Position numbers and translations under genes: made by a program. The notes beneath the pieces were generated by a model. The model saw only the letters and a list, made by a program, of their open reading frames with translations. It did no database searches and was not told where the DNA came from. A DNA stretch of 64,000 bases, from contig CAKQKH010000006.1 of the NCBI GenBank assembly GCA_934248075.1, forward strand, positions 13,474-77,473, given 5' to 3'. This document shows, piece by piece, positions 28,068 through 36,903 of the stretch. The DNA comes from an uncultured Alphaproteobacteria bacterium (GTDB lineage Bacteria > Pseudomonadota > Alphaproteobacteria > RF32 > CAG-239). Numbering within the stretch: the stretch's first letter is position 1; each line of letters starts with the position of its first letter.

Positions 28068-29654
28068 ATGCCTGATAATAAACCCAATATCCGCAAGACC
28101 TTTGCGATCATTTCTCACCCTGATGCCGGTAAGACCACTTTAACCGAAAAGTTATTGCTGTTTGGCGGCGCCATTCAGCAGGCCGGCGCGGTTAAAGCTC
28201 GGGGAGAAAATCGCCGCGCCCATTCCGACTGGATGAAAGTTGAACAAGAACGCGGAATTTCCGTAGCGTCTTCGGTTATGACCTTTGACTACGAAGGCAT
28301 CACTTTCAACTTGCTGGATACTCCCGGACACGAAGACTTTTCTGAAGACACTTATCGAGTGCTAACCGCTGTTGACTCCGCAATCATGGTGCTGGATTCC
28401 GCCAAAGGTATTGAAACCCAGACCAAGAAATTGTTTGAAGTCTGCCGTCTGCGTGATGTGCCGATTTTGACCTTTATCAATAAACTCGACCGCGAGGGGC
28501 AAGATCCATTTGCTCTGCTTGATGAGATTGAACGCACTCTGGCACTTGACGTTACCCCCGCCAGCTGGCCGATTGGCAGTGGCAAAGACTTTTTGGGCTG
28601 CTATGACCTGTTAGGCGACCGCTTGATTCTCATGAACAAAAGCGGCAACAAATCGCAAATTAATTCCATAATCGAAACCTGCAACGGCCTTGATGACCCC
28701 AAGCTGGATCAGCTTTTGCCGGCGCATATGGTTGCCAAATTGCGTGAAGATGTGGAGATGATTAAGGAACTCTGCCCCAAATTTGATCTTCAGGCTTATT
28801 TGAACGGAACCTTGACACCGGTATTTTTCGGCAGCGCCATCAACAACTTTGGCGTCCGAGAGGTTTTGGAAGGCCTGCACAAAATCGCTCCTACCCCGCG
28901 CCCGCACCCAGCAGTAGAACGTATGGTCAGCCCCGATGAGCCTAAGGTCAGTGGTTTTATTTTTAAGATTCAGGCCAATATGGACCCCAAACATCGTGAC
29001 CGCATTGCTTTTATGCGAATATGCTCCGGACACTTCAAACGCGGCATGAAACTAATGCAGATTCGCACCGGAAAAGAAATTAAGGTGCCAACTCCGGTTA
29101 TGTTTATGGCTCAGGAACGCGAGCTGGCTGAAGACGCTTACGCCGGTGACATTATCGGAATTCCCAACCACGGACAGCTGCGTATCGGCGACACTTTAAC
29201 CGAAGGCGAAAAATTTAACTTTACGGGAATCCCCTCTTTCGCACCTGAGCTTTTGAAATCTGCCCGCGCGTTAGATCCGCTCAAATCCAAACACTTAGGC
29301 GATGCCCTCAAACAGATTGCCGAAGAAGGTGGCGCCTCGGTCTTTAAGCCGGTTATCGGTGCCGAGTGGATTGTTGGCGTTGTCGGCGTGTTGCAATTTG
29401 AGGTAATGGCTGACCGTATTAAAAACGAGTTTGGCTTGCCGGTAATGTTCGAACCGACCCAATATTACACAGCGCGCTGGGTTTCCTGCTCCGACAAAAA
29501 CGAATGGCAAAAGTTTGAAACCGCCAATCGCATGAATCTCGCCGAAGACAATGACGGCGCCGTTGTGTTTTTAGCGCGCAATGCGTGGCATCTGAACAAA
29601 ACTATGGAAGATTTTCCCAAAATAGCCTTTACCAAAACTCATGAAGCTCATTAA
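28068..29654 (+). CDS. prfC: peptide chain release factor 3
   Basis: 528 aa with the GTPase motifs AIISHPDAGKTT, DTPGHEDF and NKLD. It is collinear with RF3. Confidence 0.95.
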   Translation: MPDNKPNIRKTFAIISHPDAGKTTLTEKLLLFGGAIQQAGAVKARGENRRAHSDWMKVEQERGISVASSVMTFDYEGITFNLLDTPGHEDFSEDTYRVLTAVDSAIMVLDSAKGIETQTKKLFEVCRLRDVPILTFINKLDREGQDPFALLDEIERTLALDVTPASWPIGSGKDFLGCYDLLGDRLILMNKSGNKSQINSIIETCNGLDDPKLDQLLPAHMVAKLREDVEMIKELCPKFDLQAYLNGTLTPVFFGSAINNFGVREVLEGLHKIAPTPRPHPAVERMVSPDEPKVSGFIFKIQANMDPKHRDRIAFMRICSGHFKRGMKLMQIRTGKEIKVPTPVMFMAQERELAEDAYAGDIIGIPNHGQLRIGDTLTEGEKFNFTGIPSFAPELLKSARALDPLKSKHLGDALKQIAEEGGASVFKPVIGAEWIVGVVGVLQFEVMADRIKNEFGLPVMFEPTQYYTARWVSCSDKNEWQKFETANRMNLAEDNDGAVVFLARNAWHLNKTMEDFPKIAFTKTHEAH

Positions 29655-29712
29655 AAACACAAACCCCATGTTACAAATTATGAGCGATTGTTTTTGGCCT
29701 CGCTAATACTAT

Positions 29713-29755
29713 AAAAAAACACCTTTGGTCACATAACCAAGGGTGTTTCTTTTTA
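29713..29755. terminator. bidirectional terminator between prfC and the convergent small membrane-protein gene
   Basis: A7, then stem cacctttgg / ccaagggtg (one G:T), then a T-rich tail. Confidence 0.75.
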
Positions 29756-29770
29756 ATTTTAACTCCACAA

Positions 29771-30052
29771 TTATTTTTTTAATTCATCGTGGAATTCTTT
29801 ATCGTTTAGCCCGATACACAAACCAATGGCCACCGCCACCAGCTGTATCAGGATCATTATTATCATCAGCCACCCAAATGGATTGTAGATGATGTAAGAT
29901 AATGTAAAACAAACGCTGATTACCAGCATTCCAAACGCGCTGATAGCGCATTCGTTTCTTTTCTTCTTGAGCAGCACTCCAAGATACGCGCTCCCCATCA
30001 ATGAAAACATTGCTGTTATCATTGCCATTAAAAATGTGTTTAGCCAATACAT
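29771..30052 (-). CDS. small hydrophobic protein (93 aa, about 3 TM), orphan
   Basis: The ORF has its own conserved promoter box (30106-30134) and terminators on both sides. No family recognised. Confidence 0.5.
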   Translation of the reverse strand: MYWLNTFLMAMITAMFSLMGSAYLGVLLKKKRNECAISAFGMLVISVCFTLSYIIYNPFGWLMIIMILIQLVAVAIGLCIGLNDKEFHDELKK

Positions 30053-30105
30053 TTTTTTAAATTTTAAGTTAATAGAATAATATTCATAATCAAAAAAACA
30101 TATTA

Positions 30106-30134
30106 CATTTAGTCCAAATTAGACAAATTTGCAA
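30106..30134 (-). promoter_or_regulatory. promoter/operator box copy P1: TTGCAAATTTGTCTAATTTGGACTAAATG
   Basis: On the gene strand: TTGCAA, 17-nt spacer, TAAATG. It lies 77 nt upstream of the ATG at 30052 and is nearly identical to 36420-36448. Confidence 0.45.
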
Positions 30135-30176
30135 GTGTTTTATTTAAGATATACGTTTATATTTTATTTGCGCCAT

Positions 30177-30210
30177 CAAAAAGCCCCTCGCCTGTTTTTA
30201 AGCGAGGGGC
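30177..30210 (-). terminator. rho-independent terminator of secA
   Basis: 9-bp GC-rich stem gcccctcgc / gcgaggggc, followed by TTTTTG on the minus strand. Confidence 0.75.
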
Positions 30211-30236
30211 TAAATTATTGCGCCTAATCCATACGA

Positions 30237-32963
30237 CTAGACCTGACCATGGCAATGCTTGTATTTTTTGCCACTACCGCAAGGACACAAATCATTGCGG
30301 GCAACCTTGCCCCAAGTCGCAGGATTCTTAGGATCAATCTCGCCTTTGCTATATTGGAACGGCTCTTGTTTTTCTGCCGGCTCAGCCGGTTGAGATTGTC
30401 CGCCGACCAAAGCCGTCGGGCTTTCGTGAATCGCCTGAACATTGGTGTGCTTGGGCGCTTGATTTTCTACTTCGTCGGCATCTTTGTTCTGAATAACCGT
30501 GCGCAACAAAATAAAGGTAACCTTTTCACCCAACTGATTGAGCATATCCGAAAACAAGTTAAAGGCCTCTTTCTTATATTCGTTTAGCGGATCTTTCTGC
30601 CCATAAGCGCGCAAAACAATGGTATGACGCATATATTCCAAAGTGGCGATATGATCTTTCCACAAAGCGTCCAACTCTTGTAGCAGAATAGATTTTTCCA
30701 CCAATCTGACAATGTCGGTCGGAACATTGGCGTTTTTGGCGGCAACCTGAGCGTCTATTGCCTCAATCACCTTATCCACCAACTTTTCGCTTTCCATCTC
30801 CGATTCGTTTGTCCAATCGGCAATCGGCAGATCCACTCCCGACAAGCGAGCCAAATCCTGACGAATTTCCTCCGCCGGCCAATCTCGCGGCGAAGAGCCG
30901 TATGTGATGCGATTATATATAACATTGCGCAGCTGATCATGGCGCATATCCAAAATGGTCTCCGAAACATCATCGGCTTCCATCAGCTCCTTGCGCTGCT
31001 CATAAATAACTTTGCGCTGATCATTCATCACATTGTCATATTTGAGCAAATTTTTACGGATATCAAAGTTGCGCTCCTCAACTTTCTGCTGAGCTTTTTC
31101 CAAAGCCTTGCTGATCCAAGGATGAACCAAGGCCTCGCCCTCGGGCAATCCCAACCGTTGCAACATCAGGCTCATACGCTCGGAGCCGAAAATCCGCATC
31201 AAATCATCTTCCAGCGAGAGGTAGAATTTAGATGTTCCCGGGTCCCCCTGACGTCCGGAACGACCGCGCAATTGGTTATCAATACGGCGGCTTTCATGAC
31301 GCTCGGTACCTAAGATATACAAACCGCCGGCAGCTTTAACTTTCTCTTTGTCTGCCGCAACCTCGGCTTTAATTTTTTCACGCAAAGCGGCAATTTGCTC
31401 TTCCGTTTCATCGCCTTTGAGTTCAGACTTAAGGCGCATATCCACGTTACCGCCCAGCTGAATATCGGTACCACGGCCGGCCATGTTGGTTGCAATGGTA
31501 ATAGCGCCGGAAACGCCGGCCTGAGCAACAATAGCGGCCTCTTGTTCATGGTGGCGCGCGTTCAAAACCTGAAACTTGACATCTGATGCCTTACGCAGCA
31601 TATCTGCCACCAGCTCGGATTTTTCAATTGAGGTAGTGCCGACCAAAACCGGCTGTCCTTTGGCATGGCATTCCAAAATGGTTTTGATAATGGCGTTATA
31701 TTTCTCTCGCTCGGTGCGATAAATTTCATCATGCAGATCCTGACGCAAAACCGGCTTATTGGTCGGAATCTCCACGCAGGTCAGATTATAAATATCATTA
31801 AACTCCGCTTCTTCGGTCATGGCGGTACCGGTCATACCGGCCAATTTGGGATACAAACGGAAGTAGTTTTGGAAAGTAATGGAAGCCAGTGTCTGGTTCT
31901 CGGACTGAATTGGCACGCCTTCTTTGGCCTCAATGGCCTGATGCAAACCGTCTGAATAGCGGCGGCCTTCCATCATACGGCCGGTAAACTCGTCAATAAT
32001 CACCACTTTGTTGTTCTTGACAATATAATCCACGTCGCGAATATGCATTTTATGAGCGCGCAGAGCCTGATTAACATGGTGCACCAAACTTACGTTGGCA
32101 ATATCGTATAATCCGCCTTCCTTAATCAGCCCAACCTCTTTGAGCAGAGCCTCAACATGGGTCATGCCGGCCTCGGTCAAAGTCACGGATTTGGCTTTTT
32201 CGTCCTTTTCATAATCCGCCTCAACCAACTGCGGAATAATTTTGTTGACCAAAATATATTTTTCCGAGCTGTCTTCGGCCGCGCCGGAGATGATTAACGG
32301 CGTTCTGGCTTCATCAATCAAAATTGAATCCACTTCATCGACAATAGCGTAATTAAACGGACGTTGCACCATATCAGCCAAGCGAAATTTCATATTATCG
32401 CGCAGATAGTCAAAACCAAGTTCGTTGTTGGTAGCGTAGATAATATCCGAATTATAGGCGGCGCGGCGCTCATCATCATTCTTTTCATGAACAATATAAT
32501 CAACCGTCAGCCCCAAGAAACGATATACCTGCCCCATCCACTCGGCATCGCGTTTGGCCAAATAATCATTGACCGTAACAATATGCACGCCCTTGCCTTC
32601 CAGCGCATTCAGATAAGCGGCCAAAGTTGCCACCAGAGTTTTACCCTCACCGGTCTTCATTTCGGCGATTTGACCACGGTGCAGAACAATACCGCCAATC
32701 ATCTGAACATCATAATGACGCTGTCCTAACGTACGCTTGGCCGCCTCCCGAACTACGGCAAAGGCCTCCGGCAACAAATCATCTAGTGTTTCACCTTGTT
32801 TAAGGCGGGTTCTGAACTCATCGGTTTTAGCGCGAAGCTGCTCGTCGCTCAATGGCGCGATTGATGGCTCAAGAGAATTAATTTGTTCAACGATTTTATA
32901 TTGTCTTTTAACGTAACGGTCATTGGCGCTGCCAAATATTTTGCGTGCGAGGCTGCCTATCAT
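30237..32963 (-). CDS. secA: preprotein translocase ATPase SecA
   Basis: 908 aa with [11 protein letters not shown] (Walker A), [19 protein letters not shown] and the C-terminal zinc motif [14 protein letters not shown]. Confidence 0.97.
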   Translation of the reverse strand: MIGSLARKIFGSANDRYVKRQYKIVEQINSLEPSIAPLSDEQLRAKTDEFRTRLKQGETLDDLLPEAFAVVREAAKRTLGQRHYDVQMIGGIVLHRGQIAEMKTGEGKTLVATLAAYLNALEGKGVHIVTVNDYLAKRDAEWMGQVYRFLGLTVDYIVHEKNDDERRAAYNSDIIYATNNELGFDYLRDNMKFRLADMVQRPFNYAIVDEVDSILIDEARTPLIISGAAEDSSEKYILVNKIIPQLVEADYEKDEKAKSVTLTEAGMTHVEALLKEVGLIKEGGLYDIANVSLVHHVNQALRAHKMHIRDVDYIVKNNKVVIIDEFTGRMMEGRRYSDGLHQAIEAKEGVPIQSENQTLASITFQNYFRLYPKLAGMTGTAMTEEAEFNDIYNLTCVEIPTNKPVLRQDLHDEIYRTEREKYNAIIKTILECHAKGQPVLVGTTSIEKSELVADMLRKASDVKFQVLNARHHEQEAAIVAQAGVSGAITIATNMAGRGTDIQLGGNVDMRLKSELKGDETEEQIAALREKIKAEVAADKEKVKAAGGLYILGTERHESRRIDNQLRGRSGRQGDPGTSKFYLSLEDDLMRIFGSERMSLMLQRLGLPEGEALVHPWISKALEKAQQKVEERNFDIRKNLLKYDNVMNDQRKVIYEQRKELMEADDVSETILDMRHDQLRNVIYNRITYGSSPRDWPAEEIRQDLARLSGVDLPIADWTNESEMESEKLVDKVIEAIDAQVAAKNANVPTDIVRLVEKSILLQELDALWKDHIATLEYMRHTIVLRAYGQKDPLNEYKKEAFNLFSDMLNQLGEKVTFILLRTVIQNKDADEVENQAPKHTNVQAIHESPTALVGGQSQPAEPAEKQEPFQYSKGEIDPKNPATWGKVARNDLCPCGSGKKYKHCHGQV

Positions 32964-33134
32964 AATGTTGGTTTTCCTTATTTTAATGTATCAATTAGTT
33001 TACATTTAGTGTTTTATCAATCAGAAGTCAATAGATTGATACCAAGTTATAAACGGTCTTAAAAATAAAGTTGTCATCTTGGCAGTTTTTAGTGTATAAA
33101 ATCGATAGAAACAATTTCTGACAAGGAGAAAATT

Positions 33135-33947
33135 ATGCTGAATAAAAAATATGCCGCTATGGCTCTGATGAGCGCACTGCTCTTGTCGGCTCAAGCTTAT
33201 GCCGAGGGCAAAGGCGGAATTGCCGCCACCGTAAACGGCAAAAACATCACCGTAGCCCAGATTAAAGATGCCTACAACATGAATCCGGCTATAAAAGCCA
33301 AGGTTCCGTTTGATAAATTTTATGAAAAAACTTTAGATGTGTTTATTGACGGCGAGCTGGTTTATCAGGCTGCCGTAGCTGACAAAGTCATCGAATCTGC
33401 CGAATATCAAAAAGAACTCAAAGCCATGAAAGAAGAATTGGCGCGTAAAGTCTATGTTGAAAAACAAGTGGATAAACTAGTCAGCGAAAACCAACTCAAA
33501 AAAATTTATGAAGACTATAAAGCCTCTTTCAAATCACAAAAAGAAGTTAAGGCCAAACATATTTTGGTTGACAGCGAGGCCAAAGCCAAAGAAATTATCG
33601 GCAAGCTGAACAAAGGCGGCAATTTTGACAAGCTGGCCAAAGAATATTCCAAAGAGCCGGCTGACCTTGGCTACTTTCCCAAAGAGGCAATGGTGCCGGA
33701 ATTTTCAGAAGCCGCTTTTGCTCTGAAAAAAGGCCAATACACCAAATCTCCGGTTAAAACCCAGTTCGGTTATCATGTAATTAAAGTTGAGGACATCAGA
33801 GATGCCAAACCTCAGCCTTATGAAAAAATCAAACCGCAACTGAAAGGTATGGCTGCTCAAGGTGCTATGGGCAAGCTGTTTGATGACATTGCCGCTAAAG
33901 CCAAAGTCACCAAATACGACCTCAAAGGCAACGCCATTAATAAATAA
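33135..33947 (+). CDS. periplasmic parvulin-type peptidyl-prolyl cis-trans isomerase
   Basis: 270 aa. Signal peptide, then the PpiC domain VKAKHILVDSEAKAKEIIGKLNKGGNFDKLAKEYS..FGYHVIKVEDIR. Divergent from secA. Confidence 0.85.
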   Translation: MLNKKYAAMALMSALLLSAQAYAEGKGGIAATVNGKNITVAQIKDAYNMNPAIKAKVPFDKFYEKTLDVFIDGELVYQAAVADKVIESAEYQKELKAMKEELARKVYVEKQVDKLVSENQLKKIYEDYKASFKSQKEVKAKHILVDSEAKAKEIIGKLNKGGNFDKLAKEYSKEPADLGYFPKEAMVPEFSEAAFALKKGQYTKSPVKTQFGYHVIKVEDIRDAKPQPYEKIKPQLKGMAAQGAMGKLFDDIAAKAKVTKYDLKGNAINK

Positions 33948-33957
33948 CCTTTATATC

Positions 33958-33996
33958 AAAAAAATACCTCCTTCATATTCTGAAGGAGGTATTTTG
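33958..33996. terminator. bidirectional terminator between the PPIase gene and the convergent ELM1-like gene
   Basis: Perfect 12-bp stem atacctccttca / tgaaggaggtat. The A-run is on the left, so termination should be stronger for the minus-strand gene. Confidence 0.8.
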
Positions 33997-34008
33997 TAAC
34001 GCGCATAA

Positions 34009-35313
34009 TTATTTTTTGCTGATTCGCCGACGGCGGTTAATGCGGTTTAATACCGTTTCGGCAAACACCCGCAGCGGGCTGGAAAGCACTTGCGGAGCCA
34101 AACTTTTAGGCTCAATGTGCATATGGCAGGCCATTTCTACAAAATCGTCCCAATCAATGGCATATTTGGGGCATAACAACTGTTGCAGATTCAGGCAATC
34201 GCGGCGCAAATCCGGATTGATATAAAGCCCATTGCTGCTGATAGCCGTTAGCAACGCCGCATTGGCGGTCTCACAAGAGGCATAGGAATCCACCGTATGC
34301 ACCACCAAAGAATTGTCAAAACCGATAATCCCCGGATAAATATTGCCGATTTTTTCCTGCGCCCGAAATTCGTCTTCATGTTTGCCGGAATAAATGCGCC
34401 ACTTTTGCGGAGTGCGCTCCTCATCAGAGGTAGCGATTTTTTTGCAGTTCTGAAAAACAATGCTTGATGAAGTCTTTGTATTTTCATACAAAAAGTCCGT
34501 TACATCATTAGGAGTACGCGGTCCATTAACAAATACAACGCTATACCCTTCTTGCGCCAAATGTCTGGCATCGGCCAACAATTTGCGAGCATAATTCACG
34601 CTAAAGATAATCTCCGGCCCTTCGACACGTCCGCCCAGACAAAATACCACTTTTTTCTGAGCCTTTGAAAAATCGACCAGTTTCTCGACTTGAGCCTCAA
34701 TTTCGGCATCATTCTTCAGCTTGTCCAACAATTCTAACAGCTGTCTATTTTTTTCAATTACATTTTTGCGCTCAAAATTATTAATGGTTCCGATAGTAAC
34801 CAAAACTTTTTTGCGCAAGCTTTTGTGTTGCAACATCCGGATCCGCGAGTGCAGTGTCAACAAGTGTTTGGGAACGTTAATCAAATCAACATATTTGTAA
34901 CGATGCAGACGGCTGGTCAAAACCGCGGTAAAGACATTGCCTAAATCATGTTCCTGATAATATTCTTTAATCGCCCGACAGAGCATATCGACATTTTCGC
35001 CAGCCTTACTGCTTTCAGTCAGATTATACGCCGTAATAAAAATCCGCGGCGTAATTTTAGTATGCTTAAAGAAAGCGTCGGCCATCGCAAAAATATCTTT
35101 GCGAAAGGCTTCATAAGACGGATATTTAGAATAAAAACAAGCTTCTGTCAAAGCGGCGTAATCGCTCACTCCTTTAGGCAGCAAAAACAATTTGCCGGCA
35201 TCATATTGAAGACCGGTTAATTCCGACAAAGCCTTAAACGCGCCTAATACCTGATTGCGAAAACCACGATCAGGCGTACCAAGCGAAAATGGAATGATTT
35301 CTGAATTATTCAT
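34009..35313 (-). CDS. ELM1/DUF1022-family-like protein (predicted GT-B-like nucleotide-sugar enzyme), extended 434-aa version
   Basis: GFRNQVLGAFKAL near the N-terminus, YVDLINVPKHLL, VVFCLGGRVEG and VVFVNGPRTPNDV parallel the ELM1 family blocks (G..NQ..GL, FDL.i.P.HD, vaVLiGG, vT.SRRTP). These blocks are recalled from memory. Confidence 0.6.
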   Translation of the reverse strand: MNNSEIIPFSLGTPDRGFRNQVLGAFKALSELTGLQYDAGKLFLLPKGVSDYAALTEACFYSKYPSYEAFRKDIFAMADAFFKHTKITPRIFITAYNLTESSKAGENVDMLCRAIKEYYQEHDLGNVFTAVLTSRLHRYKYVDLINVPKHLLTLHSRIRMLQHKSLRKKVLVTIGTINNFERKNVIEKNRQLLELLDKLKNDAEIEAQVEKLVDFSKAQKKVVFCLGGRVEGPEIIFSVNYARKLLADARHLAQEGYSVVFVNGPRTPNDVTDFLYENTKTSSSIVFQNCKKIATSDEERTPQKWRIYSGKHEDEFRAQEKIGNIYPGIIGFDNSLVVHTVDSYASCETANAALLTAISSNGLYINPDLRRDCLNLQQLLCPKYAIDWDDFVEMACHMHIEPKSLAPQVLSSPLRVFAETVLNRINRRRRISKK

Positions 35314-35467
35314 GATAGTTCTCCTTTACAACTAGTTATAATGATAAAAACTTAATAAAGACATAACAAAATCGATACCATTTTTTGCATATACCAATAT
35401 ATTACAGCCTGATATTGCCAAAATAAATTTATGCGCTAATATAGGTGAGAATTAACCGGAGTTGCCT

Positions 35468-35884
35468 ATGAACGAAGAAAACAAAAAAACAAAATTACTG
35501 CCGCGCTTGGGCTGGGCGGCGCTAACCTCGCCGATAAATACTCTTTTGGCCATCGGACTAGCTTATTTTGCCGCCAAAGTCTATTTGTTTGACGGCGATT
35601 TTACTGACAAACTGGCAATGTTTGTCATCATCGGACTATGGATCTTTTGGTTTATCGCCAAGCATATGCTTTTGCTGTTTATTCTTCTGGCGTTGGCCGC
35701 CAGCGGAGTTTATTGGCATTATACCCATTGGCAGCAGGTGCAGACCGAATGCGAGCAAAACGGCGGCTACTGGAACTCCAAAACCAAAACTTGTGAGGAA
35801 AATCAATCCTTTTGGCAGCAGATTCAACATAAATGGCAAGACTACAAATCTAAAGCTGAATGGCTGAACAAACTCAGCAAATAA
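35468..35884 (+). CDS. small membrane protein (138 aa, 3 TM) with a Cys/Trp-rich C-terminal tail
   Basis: The ATG at 35468 has GGAG 7 nt upstream. The tail is CEQNGGYWNSKTKTCEENQSFWQQIQHKWQ. A terminator follows. Confidence 0.55.
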   Translation: MNEENKKTKLLPRLGWAALTSPINTLLAIGLAYFAAKVYLFDGDFTDKLAMFVIIGLWIFWFIAKHMLLLFILLALAASGVYWHYTHWQQVQTECEQNGGYWNSKTKTCEENQSFWQQIQHKWQDYKSKAEWLNKLSK

Positions 35885-35888
35885 ACAC

Positions 35889-35919
35889 AAAAAAACCAAC
35901 CGCAAAGGTTGGTTTTTTG
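35889..35919. terminator. bidirectional terminator between two convergent small membrane-protein genes
   Basis: A7, ccaacc gcaaa ggttgg, T6. Confidence 0.75.
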
Positions 35920-35920
35920 T

Positions 35921-36364
35921 TTAGTTCTGTTTGGTACGACATGTCGCGCCATGTTTGCTCAGAAGCCGTTCCATTTTTTCAGACTTGGCCACATCTAGCG
36001 CATACTCAAATTGCTCGCACCAGCTTTTCTCATGATCCCAATTTTCATATGCCTTGTCAATTTTGGCATTTGGATTAGCCCCCAATACCAGCAGCCACCA
36101 TACATTACTGTAATTGTCTGCTTTTACTTCGTTAAAAAGCATGGCATTTTTGTACTCCTGATGCCAATTTTTTATGTCTATAATGACAATCAGCGGCGCC
36201 ACAATTGCTATTATCGCAACGGTTAACCCCAAAATCACCCAGAGTAAAAAACTCTCCGGCATCAGAACCATAAAAACTATGACATCAACAAAAATCGCAA
36301 CTAAAGTTGCTGTTGCAAGAGCATTATTAAACATGCCGTTGCGGATTGAGAAAAAATTCTTCAT
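35921..36364 (-). CDS. membrane protein (147 aa, 2 TM) with a single ankyrin-repeat-like C-terminal motif
   Basis: The TM region is followed by NVWWLLVLGANPNAKID...ALDVAKSEKMERLLSKHGA (ankyrin-like 'LL..GANPNA'). A conserved promoter box lies at 36420-36448. Confidence 0.55.
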   Translation of the reverse strand: MKNFFSIRNGMFNNALATATLVAIFVDVIVFMVLMPESFLLWVILGLTVAIIAIVAPLIVIIDIKNWHQEYKNAMLFNEVKADNYSNVWWLLVLGANPNAKIDKAYENWDHEKSWCEQFEYALDVAKSEKMERLLSKHGATCRTKQN

Positions 36365-36419
36365 ATCTAAAATTTTTGGTTAATAAGGTTAATAATATAA
36401 TAAACTTTAAAATCAATTT

Positions 36420-36448
36420 ACGTTAGCCCGAATTAGACAAATTTGCAA
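36420..36448 (-). promoter_or_regulatory. promoter/operator box copy P2: TTGCAAATTTGTCTAATTCGGGCTAACGT
   Basis: It lies 79 nt upstream of the ATG at 36364. 23 of 26 positions match copy P1, and further similarity runs through the leader. Confidence 0.45.
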
Positions 36449-36473
36449 GCACTTTTATCAATAATTCAATAAC

Positions 36474-36516
36474 ACAAAAAGCGGTTGAAATTCCGTCAGA
36501 TAAGAACTTCAACCGC
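36474..36516 (-). terminator. rho-independent terminator of the small 36565..36777 gene
   Basis: The minus strand reads gcggttgaa ... ttcaaccgc followed by TTTTTGTG. Confidence 0.7.
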
Positions 36517-36564
36517 TACTTTACTTTTAGCTTCAAGCAAATGAGGCTATACAATCACCCCTTC

Positions 36565-36777
36565 TTAGGCTATAATATTTGGCATTATGCGCGCTTCTAC
36601 CGATTTAATTTTGTTTTTCAGCCCATTGCGCAGGGTATTAAGCTGTTTAGCCTTAAAAAAATCGATAGTTTGATTATTATTAACCAGATGCCGAATATCC
36701 GAACGCACCCGACGTTCTTCCAATTTAAGCTCGCACAAATGAAGCTGCAATTTTCCGGTTTGATTTTGATTAAACAT
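36565..36777 (-). CDS. small hypothetical coiled-coil-like protein (70 aa)
   Basis: I prefer the minus-strand ORF over the overlapping plus-strand ORF 36541..36816 because a minus-strand terminator lies directly downstream. The composition is charged and heptad-like. Confidence 0.4.
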   Translation of the reverse strand: MFNQNQTGKLQLHLCELKLEERRVRSDIRHLVNNNQTIDFFKAKQLNTLRNGLKNKIKSVEARIMPNIIA

Positions 36778-36903
36778 AAAAGCTTAGCCCTTTCCAAAAA
36801 TCAAAAAAATCTGTGAACTTGTGTTTTTTTACTGGAATATTCCTCAAAAATCTGTATTAGTATATTACAAAATGAACGAAAAATCAACCCAAAAGGAGAA
36901 ATA

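Noticed and set aside
33015-33041. Inverted repeat TATCAATC-N11-GATTGATA in the secA/PPIase divergent region. It shares the TCAATC half-site with the fadL-proximal palindrome and with 18574-18579 upstream of tetR.
   Set aside because: A 6-mer half-site is expected about 30 times in 64 kb on both strands. An 8-bp inverted repeat at a given spacing is expected about once. The spacings differ (2 versus 11-13 nt), so a common regulator is not supported by the sequence alone.
36541-36816. Plus-strand 91-aa ORF overlapping the minus-strand 70-aa ORF.
   Set aside because: The translation is hydrophobic and junk-like, and there is no RBS. The only intrinsic terminator in the region is oriented for the minus-strand ORF. 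Even that minus-strand call is low confidence.
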